In this document: positions 18,863 to 20,000 of the stretch, piece after piece
How the letters are laid out: each line of letters starts with the position of its first letter
Position numbering within the stretch: position 1 is the first letter of the stretch
From: Squalus acanthias
Taxonomy: Eukaryota
Assembly (NCBI GenBank): GCA_030390025.1
Contig: JASTWF010000349.1
Span: forward strand, 485,614-505,613
Reading direction: 5' to 3'
DNA length: 20,000 bases
Notes under the pieces: generated by a model
What the model saw: only the letters and a program-made list of their open reading frames with translations
Told to the model about the DNA's origin: nothing
Database searches by the model: none
Position numbers and translations under genes: made by a program

Positions 18863-20000
18863 GAGAGACTGGGGAGAGAGAGAGAGAGTGTGAGACTGGG
18901 GGCGAGAGAGAGAGACTGGGGGAGAGAGATAGACTGGGGGAGAGAGACTGGGGGAGAGAGAGATTGTGAGACTGGGGTGAGAGAGAGAGAGACAGGGGGA
19001 GAGAGAGAGACGGGGGAGAGAGAGACTGGGGGAGAGAGAGAGAGAGAGAGACTGGGGAGAGAGAGAGAGAGACTGGGGGAGAGAGAGAGAGAGGGACTGG
19101 GGGGAGAGAGAGAGAGAGAGAGACTGGGGGAGAGACAGAGAGAGAGATTGGGGGAGAGAGAGAGACTTTGGAGAGAGAGAGAGACTGGGGGAGAGAGAGA
19201 GAGTGAGAGAATGGGGGAGAGAAAGAGACTGAGGGAGAGGGAGAGAGTGAGAGACTGGGGGAGAGAGAGAGAGACTGGGGGAGAGAGAGAGAGACTGGGA
19301 GAGAGAGAGAGAGAGAGAGAGAGACGGGGGAGAGAGAGAGAGACTGGGGGAGAGAGAGATACTGGGGGAGAGAGAGAGAGACTGGGTCAGTGAGAGAGAG
19401 ACTGGGGGAGAGAGAGAGAGACTGGGGGTGAGAGAGAGAGAGACTGGGAGAGAGAGAGTGAGAGAGAGTGGGGGAGAGAGAGAGAGAGACTGGGGAGAGA
19501 GAGAGAGAGAGAGAATGGGGGAGAGAGAGAGAGTGTGAGACTGGGGGAGAGAGAGAGAGAGACTGGGGAGAGAGAGAGAGAGACTGGGGAGAGAGAGAGA
19601 GAGAGAGAGACTGGGGGAGAGAGAGAGAGAGAGAGAGAGAGACTGGGGGAGAGAGAGAAACTGGGGGAGAGAGAGAGAGAGACTGGGGAGAGAGAGAGAG
19701 AGTGAGAGAGAGAGAGAGAGACTGGGGGAGAGAGAGAGACTGGGGGAGAGAGAGAGGGAGACTGGGGGAGAGAGAGAGAGACTGGGGAGAGAGACTGGGG
19801 AGAGAGAGAGAGAGAGAGACTGGGGGAGAGAGAGAGAGAGAGACTGGGGAGAGAGAGAGACTGGGAGAGAGAGAGAGAGAGAGACTGGGGGAGAGAGAGA
19901 GATGGAGAGACTGGGGAGAGAGAGAGAGAGACTGAGGAGAGAGAGAGAGACTGGGGGAGAGAGAGAGAATGTGAGACTGGGGGAGAGAGAGAGAGAGAGA
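18860..20000 (+). repeat. GA-rich compound tandem repeat (runs off the window end)
   Basis: Dozens of units of (GA)n-CT-G(3-6) with variable GA number; the + strand is almost all purines. Confidence 0.97.

Noticed and set aside
18854..19935. R/E/G-rich ORFs of 179 and 155 aa
   Set aside because: They are translations of the GA tandem repeat, which rarely produces stop codons.

Overview
Repeat-dense, non-genic vertebrate DNA; the repeat families suggest a cartilaginous fish (inference). The core is a three-level nest. A minus-strand CR1 LINE (2612-4459, resuming at 16657) is interrupted by a full-length PIF/Harbinger DNA transposon (4460-16656; 16-bp TIRs, TCT target-site duplication). The transposon carries a DDE transposase and a convergent three-exon Myb/SANT-like gene. 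The transposase is itself split by a young 7.9-kb endogenous retrovirus (5276-13197; 528-bp LTRs about 98% identical, CATC duplication, tRNA-Gln primer site). The provirus is non-autonomous and looks chimeric. It has class-I-like gag/pro remnants, an eroded RT fragment with an NGFWSIP motif, a decayed second membrane-glycoprotein-like ORF followed by a PPT-like/TG signature, and a frameshifted gamma-type env. The flanks hold a CR1-derived minisatellite, a SINE tail, more CR1 fragments, a Penelope-like 3' end with a minimal hammerhead ribozyme motif, and a GA-rich tandem array. All calls come from manual reading and translation; no searches were run.
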